From Gemmatimonadota bacterium (lineage in GTDB: Bacteria; Gemmatimonadota; Gemmatimonadetes; Gemmatimonadales; GWC2-71-9): a stretch of DNA of 37,160 nucleotides. Position 1 is the first letter of the stretch. Every line of letters starts with the position of its first letter. Location of the stretch: positions 1 through 37,160 of the forward strand of contig JBDHAB010000039.1 of assembly GCA_039588295.1 (NCBI GenBank), written 5' to 3'. Both the position numbers and the translations under genes were made by a program. The notes below the pieces were generated by a model. It saw nothing but the letters and a program-made list of their open reading frames with translations, did not search any database and had not been told where the DNA came from. Shown here one piece after another: positions 9,109 to 18,548 of the stretch.

Positions 9109-9639
9109 ATGGATATCGGAGAGCTCCTCCAACTCATGATCTTCCTCGGCATCGCCGCCCTCAGTCTTGCCGCGGGCAGTAGGAAGAAGCGTCGGCAGCG
9201 TCGGCAGCAGGGGCGGTCGGCACCGCGACCGAGGACGACCGGGCGGCCGGCGCGGCCCGCCGCCCCACCCGTGTCCACCGAGGTTCGACGGCGCACCGCA
9301 GCCACCGCTGCACGGCCCTCACCGGCGTCCGCGACTCCGAAACCGCGTTCCCTCGCGCAGGAACTGCTGGAGATGTTGGAGGGGCGGCTCCCGGACACCG
9401 TGCCCAGACCAGAGCCCATGCCCGTGGCTCAGCCGGAGGTGGACGACGAAGCCGTTTCGCTAGAGACGCTCGAGGCGGCGGGCACGACCAGTCACGAGCG
9501 ATTTCACGAGAAGTACATGGACCAGGAGCCGGAGCCGAAACCGACATCGATTCGGCACCGCTACGGGCTGACACCGAGGACGGCGCGGGAGGCCGTGATC
9601 TGGGCAACGATCTTTTCCAAACCGAAGGGTATGCTGTGA
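9109..9639 (+). CDS. Hypothetical membrane-anchored protein, YqfB-like third gene of the nfeD-floA operon
   Basis: N-terminal TM, Pro/Arg-rich linker, C-terminal [16 protein letters not shown] typical of genes after floA. Confidence 0.7.
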   Translation: MDIGELLQLMIFLGIAALSLAAGSRKKRRQRRQQGRSAPRPRTTGRPARPAAPPVSTEVRRRTAATAARPSPASATPKPRSLAQELLEMLEGRLPDTVPRPEPMPVAQPEVDDEAVSLETLEAAGTTSHERFHEKYMDQEPEPKPTSIRHRYGLTPRTAREAVIWATIFSKPKGML

Positions 9640-9712
9640 GACCCGAGTCGGAGCTGCGGTCGCACGCACCGTCGCTCCGTCGTCGTCCGCTCCCCCCTAT
9701 ATTCCTCGCACC

Positions 9713-10942
9713 ATGAATGACACTCCGTATCTCACCGAGGATCATCATCAGGTCCGCGAGATCGTTCGCGGCTTCGCGGATCAAGAGATCCGACCCGTCG
9801 CACGCGCGCTCGACCGGGACGCAAGGTTTCCGTGGGAAAACGTCAAGAAGATGGGAGAGCTCGGCTTCCTCGGGGCGCCGTGGTCAGTGGACCTCGGCGG
9901 GGCGGGGATGGACTACCTCTCGTATATCATCGTGGTGGAGGAACTCGCACGGGTGGACGCCAGTCACGCGATCACGGTGTCGGCCCACACCACGCTCGGC
10001 ACCTCGCCCTTCGTAGCGTTCGGCACCAACGAACAGCAGCGCCAGTACGTACCCCTCCTGGCCAGCGGTCAGGTGCTCGGCGGGTTCGGGCTGACCGAGG
10101 CGGGAGCGGGATCCGACGCCGGTGGGACCCGGACGGTCGCGGAGGACAAAGGCGACCACTACGTGCTGAACGGAGCCAAGATCTTCATCACCCACGCGGG
10201 TGTGGGTGAGATCTTTGTCGTGACCGCCCGGACGAATGGAAACTCCACCCAGGGCGGCGGAATCACATCGTTCGTCGTGACCAAGGACACGTGTGATCTC
10301 GAGCGGTGTGAGGAGGTCGGAGTCGGCCATGCTCCCGAGCTGCCGAAGCTCCATGGCGTGCGTGCCGGCAAGAAGGAGGACAAGCTCGGCTGGCGGGCTT
10401 CGGACACGAGGGAGCTGATCCTCGAGGACGCTGTCGTGCCCAAGGAGAATGTACTGGGCCAACTGGGGATGGGGTTCGTCAACTTTCTCAAGACGCTGGA
10501 TGACGGCCGCATCGGGGTAGCGGCCCTCTCGCTGGGGCTTGCCGAGGGCGCACTGGATGAGTGCGTCAAGTACGTAGGCGAGCGGAAGCAGTTTGGCCGG
10601 GCAATCGGCTCGTTTCAGGCGGTGCATTTCAGTGTCGCTGACATGGCCACGGAGATTGAGGCGGCGCGACATCTGGTCTATCACGCGGCGTGGCTCAGAC
10701 AGAACGGCAAGCCCTACAAACGCGCCGCGTCGATGGCAAAGCTGTTCGCCTCGGAACTCGCGACGCGCACGACGATCAAAGCCGTGCAGCTCCATGGCGG
10801 GTACGGTTACACGACCGAGTATCCAGTGGAGCGCATGATGCGCGACGCGAAGGTTGGAGAGATCGGCGAAGGAACCAGTGAGATTCAGCGCATCGTCATC
10901 GCCCGCGATCTGTTGGGCGAGTTGATTGCGGTGACCGGATAG
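9713..10942 (+). CDS. Acyl-CoA dehydrogenase (short/branched-chain type)
   Basis: [61 protein letters not shown] -10 at 9698-9703. Confidence 0.95.
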   Translation: MNDTPYLTEDHHQVREIVRGFADQEIRPVARALDRDARFPWENVKKMGELGFLGAPWSVDLGGAGMDYLSYIIVVEELARVDASHAITVSAHTTLGTSPFVAFGTNEQQRQYVPLLASGQVLGGFGLTEAGAGSDAGGTRTVAEDKGDHYVLNGAKIFITHAGVGEIFVVTARTNGNSTQGGGITSFVVTKDTCDLERCEEVGVGHAPELPKLHGVRAGKKEDKLGWRASDTRELILEDAVVPKENVLGQLGMGFVNFLKTLDDGRIGVAALSLGLAEGALDECVKYVGERKQFGRAIGSFQAVHFSVADMATEIEAARHLVYHAAWLRQNGKPYKRAASMAKLFASELATRTTIKAVQLHGGYGYTTEYPVERMMRDAKVGEIGEGTSEIQRIVIARDLLGELIAVTG

Positions 10943-10954
10943 CGAGCGGATTCC

Positions 10955-11251
10955 ATGCCACAAGACTTCAAGGGACTGGTCGCGAGCCTCGCCGCAGGGG
11001 CCGCGACCGCGTTGAGCCAGATTGAATCGGATCAGGCCGAAGGCGGAGCCACGGAGGAGGTGTCCGCAGAGGAACGGACGGAACGGCGTCGAGTGGGGCT
11101 GGCCACGGCGCGGCAGCTGATCGACACCATGGCCATGCTCGAACACAAGACCGAGGGCAACCTGACAGACGAGGAGCGGGCGTTCCTGGGATCCGCGCTC
11201 ACCCAGCTGCGCGTCACCTACGTCCGATCGTCCGCTCCGGGGGCGACGTAG
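10955..11251 (+). CDS. DUF1844-family protein
   Basis: ARQLIDTMAMLEHKTEGNLTDEERAFL..LTQLRVTYV signature. Confidence 0.85.
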   Translation: MPQDFKGLVASLAAGAATALSQIESDQAEGGATEEVSAEERTERRRVGLATARQLIDTMAMLEHKTEGNLTDEERAFLGSALTQLRVTYVRSSAPGAT

Positions 11252-11310
11252 CACGCGGTTCGACCGGGCGGGCAGCGCAGTGACCCGGAAGGCAGAAGGC
11301 GACGGTCCCG

Positions 11311-11597
11311 TTGACCTAACTGCCTGTACTACTTAAACTTCCATCCAATGATTCGAGCAACAGTTCACCCCACAGGGGTGGTTGGCGGCCAGGCCTGGCC
11401 TCCAGCGCTCGGTACCGGGATGCCGGTAGCGAGCGGTGGAACGACGCGGGTCCGCTGCAAACGAGCATTCATCATTGCCGCTTCCGGGCCCGCGGGGTCC
11501 GGTCCGCGGCCAGACATTGTTAGTCGGCTCGGGGTGACGGGCGCTGTCTCACGACCAGCGTGGGACGACACCGGCGCGCGAGCCGGGGTAGGGACGT
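11311..11597 (+). promoter_or_regulatory. Sigma70 promoter and ~250-nt structured 5' leader of rne/rng
   Basis: TTGACC 11311-11316, 17 bp, TAAACT 11334-11339; multiple hairpins from 11346 to 11585. Confidence 0.55.
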
Positions 11598-13127
11598 TTG
11601 AAACGCGAAATTCTCATCAACGGCGGGCCACGGGAGACGCGGGTCGCCATCTTGGAGGACGATCGACTCGTCGAAGTCTTTCATGACCGACCGGACATCC
11701 GGCGGACAGTAGGCAACATTTACCTCGGGAAGGTCGAAGCCGTGCTGCCCGGCATGCAGGCGGCGTTCGTGGACATCGGAGCGGGTAAGAGCGGCTTCCT
11801 CCACGCCTCCGATCTGATTGAACCCGAGGACGACGAGGACGAGGACACAGGCCGACCGAACCGGTCGAGCCGCAGGCTTCCCAACATTCAGGACCACGTG
11901 CGACGCGGCGAATCCCTGCTCGTCCAGGTGACGAAGGAGCCCATCGGGACCAAGGGCCCGCGCGTGACTCGCCAGATCTCGATCGCCGGACGGTTTCTCG
12001 TCTACATGCCGTACGCGTCCAGGGTCGGCGTGAGCCGGAAGATCGAGTCGCGGGACGAGCGGGGGCGGCTGCGGGAAATGGTCTCGCGGCTGCTCCCCAA
12101 GGACTCGGGTGGCGTCATCGTTCGCACGGTCGCGGAAGAGCTGACCGAGAGCAAGGTCAAGCGCGAGCTCAAATCGCTGCTCGAGCTGTGGAAGCGGATT
12201 CGGCGCAAGGCGCATTTCGTCCGGGTCAAGGCGCCTTCGCTGGTGCAGCGCGAAGCCTCGCTCACCAGCGGGATCGTCCGCGACCTGTTCAGCGACAAGG
12301 TCGACCGCGTGATCGTGGACTCGAAGCCGCTGTATGGCGAGATCCGTCGATACTTACGTGAGGTCGAACCGGATCTGATCCAGCGGGTCACCCGCCATGG
12401 CGACGGCGTGTCGCTGTTCGATAAGTACGATATCGAGGTCGAGATCCGGGAGCTGTTCAACCGCCGGGTGGATCTCCCGACGGGCGGCTACCTCATTATC
12501 GAGCCCACGGAAGCCTTGGTCTCGATCGACGTGAACACGGGTCGGTATACCGGGAAGAAAGATCCCGAAAAGACAATCCTGCGCACGAACTTGGAGGCGG
12601 CACGCGAGATCGCACGACAGGTGCGGCTGCGGGATCTCGGCGGGATCATCGTCATTGATTTCATCGACATGGAGTCGCAGGCCAACCGCGACAAGGTGTT
12701 GCACGAGTTACGGACGAACCTGGGTCGCGACCGCGCCCGAACGCGCGCGTTCCAAGTCTCCGAGCTGGGGCTGGTCGAGATGACGCGCCAGCGTGTGCGT
12801 CCGTCGTTGCTCGATACGATGGCCAGTGACTGTCCCGCGTGCGGCGGTGGGGGCCAGGTGTTCCGACCGGAGGTCGTCGTGCGCCGAGTGGAGCGGTCGC
12901 TCAAGCGCGTAGCCGTCGATCACGGGGAGCAGCGGATGACCATACGGCTCCATCCGGAGGTCGCGCTGTACCTGATGGAGGAGGAACCGGATTTCCTCAA
13001 GGGGCTCAGGCGCGCCACCGGCATCGACCTCGACCTGCGCGACGACCCCATCATCCGGATCGATGAGTTCCGTCTCGTGGCCCAGCCGGCCGGCAGAGAC
13101 GTGACAGAGCGCTACGCGGTGGCATGA
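11598..13127 (+). CDS. rng: Ribonuclease E/G family (Rne/Rng)
   Basis: VGNIYLGKV, PGMQAAFVDIG, LVQVTKEPIGTKG, IDVNTG, TNLEAA, RLRDLGGIIVIDFIDM, EMTRQR, Zn-link CPAC; TTG start. Confidence 0.95.
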   Translation: MKREILINGGPRETRVAILEDDRLVEVFHDRPDIRRTVGNIYLGKVEAVLPGMQAAFVDIGAGKSGFLHASDLIEPEDDEDEDTGRPNRSSRRLPNIQDHVRRGESLLVQVTKEPIGTKGPRVTRQISIAGRFLVYMPYASRVGVSRKIESRDERGRLREMVSRLLPKDSGGVIVRTVAEELTESKVKRELKSLLELWKRIRRKAHFVRVKAPSLVQREASLTSGIVRDLFSDKVDRVIVDSKPLYGEIRRYLREVEPDLIQRVTRHGDGVSLFDKYDIEVEIRELFNRRVDLPTGGYLIIEPTEALVSIDVNTGRYTGKKDPEKTILRTNLEAAREIARQVRLRDLGGIIVIDFIDMESQANRDKVLHELRTNLGRDRARTRAFQVSELGLVEMTRQRVRPSLLDTMASDCPACGGGGQVFRPEVVVRRVERSLKRVAVDHGEQRMTIRLHPEVALYLMEEEPDFLKGLRRATGIDLDLRDDPIIRIDEFRLVAQPAGRDVTERYAVA

Positions 13128-13142
13128 GAGAACCCGCTCCCC

Positions 13143-13171
13143 TTGACCCAACTTCCCGTGCTGAGTAGAGT
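13143..13171 (+). promoter_or_regulatory. Sigma70 promoter for rplU-rpmA, near-leaderless
   Basis: TTGACC 13143-13148, 17 bp, TAGAGT 13166-13171; ATG at 13181 with no SD. Confidence 0.55.
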
Positions 13172-13180
13172 TACCGGCCT

Positions 13181-13501
13181 ATGTCATATGCGATTTTCAA
13201 GGCCGCGGGGCAGCAGTTTCGTGCTGAGAAGGGTGGCATCGTTCGCGTACCCAAGCTCGAGGGCGAGCCGGGAGCGAAAGTCACCTTCGATGAGGTGCTG
13301 TTGTCGACGGATGGGAAGAAGATCCGGGCGGGTCAGCCCACGGTGAAGGGTGCCAAGGTGAGTGGCGAGATCCTCCGGCATGGCAGGGACAAGAAGCTGT
13401 TTGTGTTTCGGTTCAAGCGCCGCAAGAACTACCGGAAGAAGACGGGCCATCGGCAGTCGTTTACCGAGGTCCGCGTCACCGACGTCAAGCTGGGTTCCTA
13501 G
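13181..13501 (+). CDS. rplU: 50S ribosomal protein L21
   Basis: [12 protein letters not shown]...[18 protein letters not shown]. Confidence 0.97.
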   Translation: MSYAIFKAAGQQFRAEKGGIVRVPKLEGEPGAKVTFDEVLLSTDGKKIRAGQPTVKGAKVSGEILRHGRDKKLFVFRFKRRKNYRKKTGHRQSFTEVRVTDVKLGS

Positions 13502-13503
13502 CG

Positions 13504-13773
13504 ATGGCACACAAGAAGGGTGTCGGCTCGAGCCGCAACGGGCGTGACTCGAAGCCCAAATTCCTCGGGGTGAAGCGGTATGGTGGGCAGTTCGTCCGGG
13601 CAGGGAACATCCTGGTGCGGCAGCGTGGCACCAAGTTCCATCCCGGGCGCAACGTACGCCGGGCGACCGATGATACGCTGTTCGCGCTCATCGACGGCCT
13701 CGTCAAGTTCGAGCACAAGAACAAGAAGCGGCTCAAGGTGAGCGTGTACCCTTGGGAGGCCACGGCCTCGTAG
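13504..13773 (+). CDS. rpmA: 50S ribosomal protein L27
   Basis: [35 protein letters not shown]. Confidence 0.98.
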   Translation: MAHKKGVGSSRNGRDSKPKFLGVKRYGGQFVRAGNILVRQRGTKFHPGRNVRRATDDTLFALIDGLVKFEHKNKKRLKVSVYPWEATAS

Positions 13774-13799
13774 TACGCGGCGCCGAGCCCGAACGTAGG

Positions 13800-13840
13800 A
13801 AGGGCGGCGGCTCCCAGCGGGAGCCACCGCCCTCTTCTTA
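13800..13840. terminator. Intrinsic terminator between convergent rpmA and the lipoprotein gene
   Basis: AGGGCGGCGGCTCCC-AGC-GGGAGCCACCGCCCT followed by CTTCTTA. Confidence 0.75.
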
Positions 13841-13856
13841 TGGTTTACAGACTGTG

Positions 13857-16800
13857 CTACCGCTGACTGAGCGTGAAACCGATCCATTCCTCGCCCGCGC
13901 CCGGGTTCCCCACGACCCACAAGCGGCCGTTCGTATAGGAGAGCGTGTACCCAAGGTAGGTCGCAGCGAATGGCAGTGTGAAGCTCGTGATGAACCGGCC
14001 TTTGAGGTCTGAGGCAAAGACCGTGGCCGTGGCATGGTCCCAGGTGAAGAGTCGGGCTCCGTCTGTTGCAATCGCATATTGCGATGGGAATCCGCCGGTG
14101 GGGAGTCCGATGAGAGAATCCACCAGAGCACCCGTCGCGAAATCCAGAACGCGTACGTCACCAACGCCGCCGCCAACATGCTCGAAGATCAACGTTCCAT
14201 CTTGTTTGAGGGCGGGGGAGGACTGGACCTCCGTGAAGATATTGGCCAGCACCACCGTCGTCGCCCCCGTGAATGGGTCGACCTTGTACCAGTCAAAGGA
14301 GCTGCCTCCGAATTCCTTCGCGTAGTAGGCCCCGTCCGCGGGGTTGTACACCAATGCTCGTCCGTCGATCGGCACCGGAACACTGCTCACGAAGTTCCCA
14401 GCCAGATCATATTGATAGATGTCCGTAGGGGTTGTACCGCCCCATAGATCGAAATACGCGGATCCATCGGACGCCAGACTCATAGCGCTTCCCGGGCTAG
14501 CTCTCGAGAACGACTGCTGGAAGGTCGCTGCCATCGTGGCCGACCGGAACGATGCCGTGGCCGCCGCGCCGCCTGGTGCGGTGGCGGTGATACCGGCCGT
14601 GCCGTTGCCCCGAGCGGTGACCAGACCGGTATTGTCGACCGTTGCCACGGCCGGGTCGTCGGTCGTCCAGATGAACGGCACGCCACTGATCAGCGCACCT
14701 CCGGCATCCCGAGCCTCCGCCGTGTACTGAACCACGTCGCCGACACCGATGAGCGTGTCAATACTGGTGGGACTGACCGTCACGCTGGCGCCGCGGAATC
14801 CCCGGAACAGTTGCGCGAAACTGGGCCCGGTCATCAGCGGGTCGCTGTCCTCCGTTCCCCAGACGCCAACCATGAACCCCGGCATCTGCCAGATGTCCCA
14901 CGACACCCCGTCGTAGCGTGCGATCCCGAAGTCACCGGCCGCGTAGACGTCGGTTGGCGAGTTCCCCCAAATGTGATACGCGCACCCCGGGAACCCACTC
15001 ACCTGCGTCACCCAGTTGGCCCCGTCGTAGTGCAGGATCTCACCGCACCCGCCGGCGAAGACGTCCGTGGCAGATGTGCCCCACACCCCGTACAGGGTCG
15101 CGACGGATCCGGTGAACATGCCTGACCAGACGGATCCGTCGTAGCGGAGAATCGTTCCGACATCGCCGACCACGAAGATGTCGTTCGCCGCCGTGCCCCA
15201 GAGTCCGTAGAGGGACGCTCCAGGGTCGGAATAGACGGTGTTCCACACCATTCCGTCCCAACCATAGATATCTCCGTTGCTGGCCGACACGAACACGTTG
15301 TTCGGAGCCGCGCCCCACACCCCCCACATATCGGCGGCAGTGGGAGCAGGCTGCGCGATCCAGTTCGCGCCGTCCCACCGGAAAGCACCGAAGCCCGTGA
15401 CCCACACGTCCGCTTCAGAGCTAGCCCATATGCCAAAAAGCCATGCGCTGGCTGGATCCGGATCCTGCGTCCATCCGGTGCCATCGAAGCGGGCGAGCGT
15501 GGATGGCCCCGCCGCAAAGATCCTCGCTGGATTCGCACCCCAGATGGTCCAAAGGTTGCGACCGGGTGCGGCGTCGGGCAGCTGGCCCCACACGTTCGCC
15601 GGGGCAGCTGCGGGCGCCGTTACCGTGACGACGGCAAAGCCCACCACGCCGTCGGTTTGGGCGGCGATCAGCGCCTGACCGCTCCCGGTTGCCATTGCGA
15701 CACCACTGGAGGCATTGATGTCCACGACATCCGGATTGAGCGTGAACCACGTGAACGTGCTACCGGGAATCAGGGCTCCGGTCGAATCGAACGCTTCGGC
15801 GGCGAACGGAACGGTCGTTCCGACACCGGCGATGGTCTGTCCGGGTGGCGTCACATCGACGCGGTCCGGGCCACCGATGCAGCCACCTCCGGTATTCAAC
15901 GCGCCCGGTTGTACCGTAATCCTCAGCTCGTACTCACCGACCGAGCTCCCGGTACCACGCACGACGACGTTGTGCAGACCGGACGTTGGGAAGAGACTCC
16001 CCAGAAACGAGTCTGTGGAGCCAAGCGCGTCGTCGTTCGCGTCGATCAGGCCGGTACCCGCGGAATCCCGAAGCTCGAGGATGGTATTGAGCCCCGAGGC
16101 CGGCGTCAGCCGCGCGGCGAACGTCTCGGCGGTTAGGGTATCTTCGGCGCACGCTCGAATGGCAAACCAGTCGACGTCGCCGGGCGGAAGGATGTTGAGC
16201 CCCACTTTGTTCACCAGCGGTGGCGCAAAGCCCAGATCCGGGGCACCCGATGCGTCATCACCACTCGACGTGGTATCCGACAACACCTCGAACGAGCGGG
16301 GATCGCTCCATTGCCCGGTCGTCACCGTCGCATTTTTGGCCCGCGCACGCACGTAGTAGGTACCCGCTGCGTTGACCGGACCGATCGTCGCCGTCGTCCC
16401 GGATACCGACGCTACCTGCGGGCTCGCGAACCCCGCGTTGTTCGCCCACTGTGCGTCGTATCCGGTCGCCGCGGTGACCGCGCTGATCGTCAGCGTGATC
16501 CGGGGTGCCAAAGTCTGGGCGGGCGGGGCGCTCAGGGTGGGTTGAAACGTGTTCCACGGGACGGTGGCTGTCGTATTCTGCCCACCAACAACCGTGACCC
16601 CCGAGGTCTGTCCAAACCAGCTGACCTCGCTCCCCTCAAGCCCTTCGACAGTCACCGAGTAGGACCCCGGCTGCAACCCCTCGATGGTTCCTTCCCAGTT
16701 GCCGGCGCTCTCCGTGAGGTTGAGCGTCCGGTTCGTCGGGCCCTGAACACTGGCGCGAACGCCGGTGAACAGTTGGACATCCGCCGGACTTCGCGCCGGC

Positions 16801-17060
16801 GGGTCAAATGCCTCGGTCGAATCGGTAGCTGGGGTTTCTTTGAATTGTTCGGATTGTTCGGTGCGCTCATCAGCGGCGCGCTCTACGGCGGTGTGCCCGC
16901 CGCGCAGCGAAACGGCGGCCGGGGCTGGTTGGCCCGGCCCGCTGTTCGTCGTCACGAGCTGTACCGTGATCGTCCCGGTCGTCGGCCCCATCGGCCCTTC
17001 ATCGCATGCCACGACCAGAGCCGCACCCGCGAGCATCGCTGTCAGAAGTGTGCGTTTCAT
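13857..17060 (-). CDS. Large surface lipoprotein: Ig-like/FN3, PPC-like, two Big_2 domains, 7-blade WG-repeat beta-propeller and a C-terminal propeller-like domain
   Basis: Lipobox ALVVAC; GDVDWFAI (PPC-like); W.T.NPDVV and WTTDDPAVATVDNTGLVTA (Big_2); seven ~38-aa repeats of LxGxWGxxxxDxxxxG. Confidence 0.85.
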   Translation of the reverse strand: MKRTLLTAMLAGAALVVACDEGPMGPTTGTITVQLVTTNSGPGQPAPAAVSLRGGHTAVERAADERTEQSEQFKETPATDSTEAFDPPARSPADVQLFTGVRASVQGPTNRTLNLTESAGNWEGTIEGLQPGSYSVTVEGLEGSEVSWFGQTSGVTVVGGQNTTATVPWNTFQPTLSAPPAQTLAPRITLTISAVTAATGYDAQWANNAGFASPQVASVSGTTATIGPVNAAGTYYVRARAKNATVTTGQWSDPRSFEVLSDTTSSGDDASGAPDLGFAPPLVNKVGLNILPPGDVDWFAIRACAEDTLTAETFAARLTPASGLNTILELRDSAGTGLIDANDDALGSTDSFLGSLFPTSGLHNVVVRGTGSSVGEYELRITVQPGALNTGGGCIGGPDRVDVTPPGQTIAGVGTTVPFAAEAFDSTGALIPGSTFTWFTLNPDVVDINASSGVAMATGSGQALIAAQTDGVVGFAVVTVTAPAAAPANVWGQLPDAAPGRNLWTIWGANPARIFAAGPSTLARFDGTGWTQDPDPASAWLFGIWASSEADVWVTGFGAFRWDGANWIAQPAPTAADMWGVWGAAPNNVFVSASNGDIYGWDGMVWNTVYSDPGASLYGLWGTAANDIFVVGDVGTILRYDGSVWSGMFTGSVATLYGVWGTSATDVFAGGCGEILHYDGANWVTQVSGFPGCAYHIWGNSPTDVYAAGDFGIARYDGVSWDIWQMPGFMVGVWGTEDSDPLMTGPSFAQLFRGFRGASVTVSPTSIDTLIGVGDVVQYTAEARDAGGALISGVPFIWTTDDPAVATVDNTGLVTARGNGTAGITATAPGGAAATASFRSATMAATFQQSFSRASPGSAMSLASDGSAYFDLWGGTTPTDIYQYDLAGNFVSSVPVPIDGRALVYNPADGAYYAKEFGGSSFDWYKVDPFTGATTVVLANIFTEVQSSPALKQDGTLIFEHVGGGVGDVRVLDFATGALVDSLIGLPTGGFPSQYAIATDGARLFTWDHATATVFASDLKGRFITSFTLPFAATYLGYTLSYTNGRLWVVGNPGAGEEWIGFTLSQR

Positions 17061-17069
17061 GGTTCGGCC

Positions 17070-18548
17070 CTACCGGTTCGGGACGCTGATGATGATGCCA
17101 CCGGTTGTTCCTCCGTTACCGTTGCCGTTGCCGCCCCCGCCACCGGCCAGGAGCACAACGGCAGCACCCGCGCCCGCCACGCCCAAGAGGGCGATCGGCC
17201 ACGGGAATTTCTTGCCGCGGCGCTGAGCCACTTGTACGGGTGGCGGTGGAGCGGCCGGTTGCGCCGGCGCCGCTCCCTCGGCGCGTGCGACGTCCGCCAA
17301 TACGACGAGCTGTCCGAGCCGATCCTTGCGACGCGCTTCGGTGAGGACCGCCGCAATCGCCTGACTCGGGATGGCTTGATCGGATGCGCTTGCGAGGCCA
17401 ACCGCATTGCCCGCGCGATCGAGCACGACCCCTCCGAGTTCACCACCACCGGCGCGGTCGGAGGTGCGTATCGTCCCGTCAACGGCTGCAACACGCGTAT
17501 TGGTGAGCGAAGCAGTGGCGCACCCGGGGTAGGTATAGGCCCAGACGTGTTGCTGTGGCGCGACCGCTTCGCCCAGTGAGAGTGAATCTCGCCGCACCGT
17601 GGGCAGCTTGAGGACCGCCACGTTGCGATTGACGTCGTAGTGTGCTACGCGAACCCCGGCCCGCACCGGGGCGCCGCGCTCGGGCGCCACTTCGACGCTG
17701 TCGGCACCGCGAATGGCCTGGTACGTCGTCACGATGTAGCTCCCGCCCACGTAGAACCCCACACGGCATTCCGCCTGCGGTCCGAACCGCCGGACCGAGA
17801 GCTTGGCAAGCTGTTGCCGAGCACTGGTAGCCACCGCTTCCGGCAGGGCGGTGGAGTCCACGGCCGGAGGACGTTGGGCGACGGCGCCGATGCGTTGGAG
17901 GGTGAACTCGAGGATCGTTGTGACGCCGGGAAGCACTTCGCGCGCGATGCGAGAGCTGAGATACCCCGTGCCAGCAGCCTGGATATCGTAGCTGCCCACC
18001 GGCAGCAGCAGGGTGCCGCCTTCCTGCACGAGGCGCCCTTGTACCACAACGCGCACGGGCACTGTGAGACCCGATGGCAGCACGCGAATTCGTCCCTGAC
18101 CTGGGGGATCCGGCGCGCCCGTGCTCCACTGCCACGTGGTCTCGACCACCCCCTCGGTTTCGGTCGCGCGCTGGACGAACGCCCTCGCCTCGGCCGAGGC
18201 GGACAGGACCTCCGGGAGGAAGAACACCTGATCGACGGGCATCGTCGGATAGAGACGCCGCGCCCATCGAAGCCACGCGGTCGCGTTGTCCCGATCTTCC
18301 TGTTCGACGTGAATCTGTGCCATGAGGTGGACGGCGTGCGCCCAAATGCTATCCCTCGGCCCCTGCTGCGGATCGAGCGCCGCTTGCAGCAGGGTCAGCG
18401 CACGTGCAGTCGCGAACTCGTCATAAGCCTGCTGGGCGTTACGGATCAGGGCATCGCGATCTTGCGCCATCAGCGGCCCTGCCGCCGTGACCAGCCCGAC
18501 CAGGGCCGCGGCGGTCAGAATCTGGAGTCTCCGAGATCGTCTCTGCAT
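17070..18548 (-). CDS. Exported protein: helical TPR-like N-terminus, PEGA-like domain, degenerate trypsin-like domain, C-terminal TM plus Gly-rich tail
   Basis: Signal peptide; LPVGSYDIQA..GY (PEGA-like); GFYVG..YIVTTYQAI, NVAVLKL and GGGELGGVVLDRAGNAVGL follow the S1C protease layout. Confidence 0.75.
   Translation of the reverse strand: MQRRSRRLQILTAAALVGLVTAAGPLMAQDRDALIRNAQQAYDEFATARALTLLQAALDPQQGPRDSIWAHAVHLMAQIHVEQEDRDNATAWLRWARRLYPTMPVDQVFFLPEVLSASAEARAFVQRATETEGVVETTWQWSTGAPDPPGQGRIRVLPSGLTVPVRVVVQGRLVQEGGTLLLPVGSYDIQAAGTGYLSSRIAREVLPGVTTILEFTLQRIGAVAQRPPAVDSTALPEAVATSARQQLAKLSVRRFGPQAECRVGFYVGGSYIVTTYQAIRGADSVEVAPERGAPVRAGVRVAHYDVNRNVAVLKLPTVRRDSLSLGEAVAPQQHVWAYTYPGCATASLTNTRVAAVDGTIRTSDRAGGGELGGVVLDRAGNAVGLASASDQAIPSQAIAAVLTEARRKDRLGQLVVLADVARAEGAAPAQPAAPPPPVQVAQRRGKKFPWPIALLGVAGAGAAVVLLAGGGGGNGNGNGGTTGGIIISVPNR

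Noticed and set aside
11348..11686. 112-aa ORF upstream of rne/rng
   Set aside because: Overlaps the rne start out of frame, has no motifs, and is better explained as a structured leader
13181..13773. Prp-dependent L27 processing system
   Set aside because: L27 begins MAHKK with no N-terminal extension and there is no gene between rplU and rpmA
14830..15560. Periodic sequence as a CRISPR or DGR repeat
   Set aside because: These are degenerate protein-level WG propeller repeats; no identical DNA repeats, cas or reverse transcriptase genes in the window
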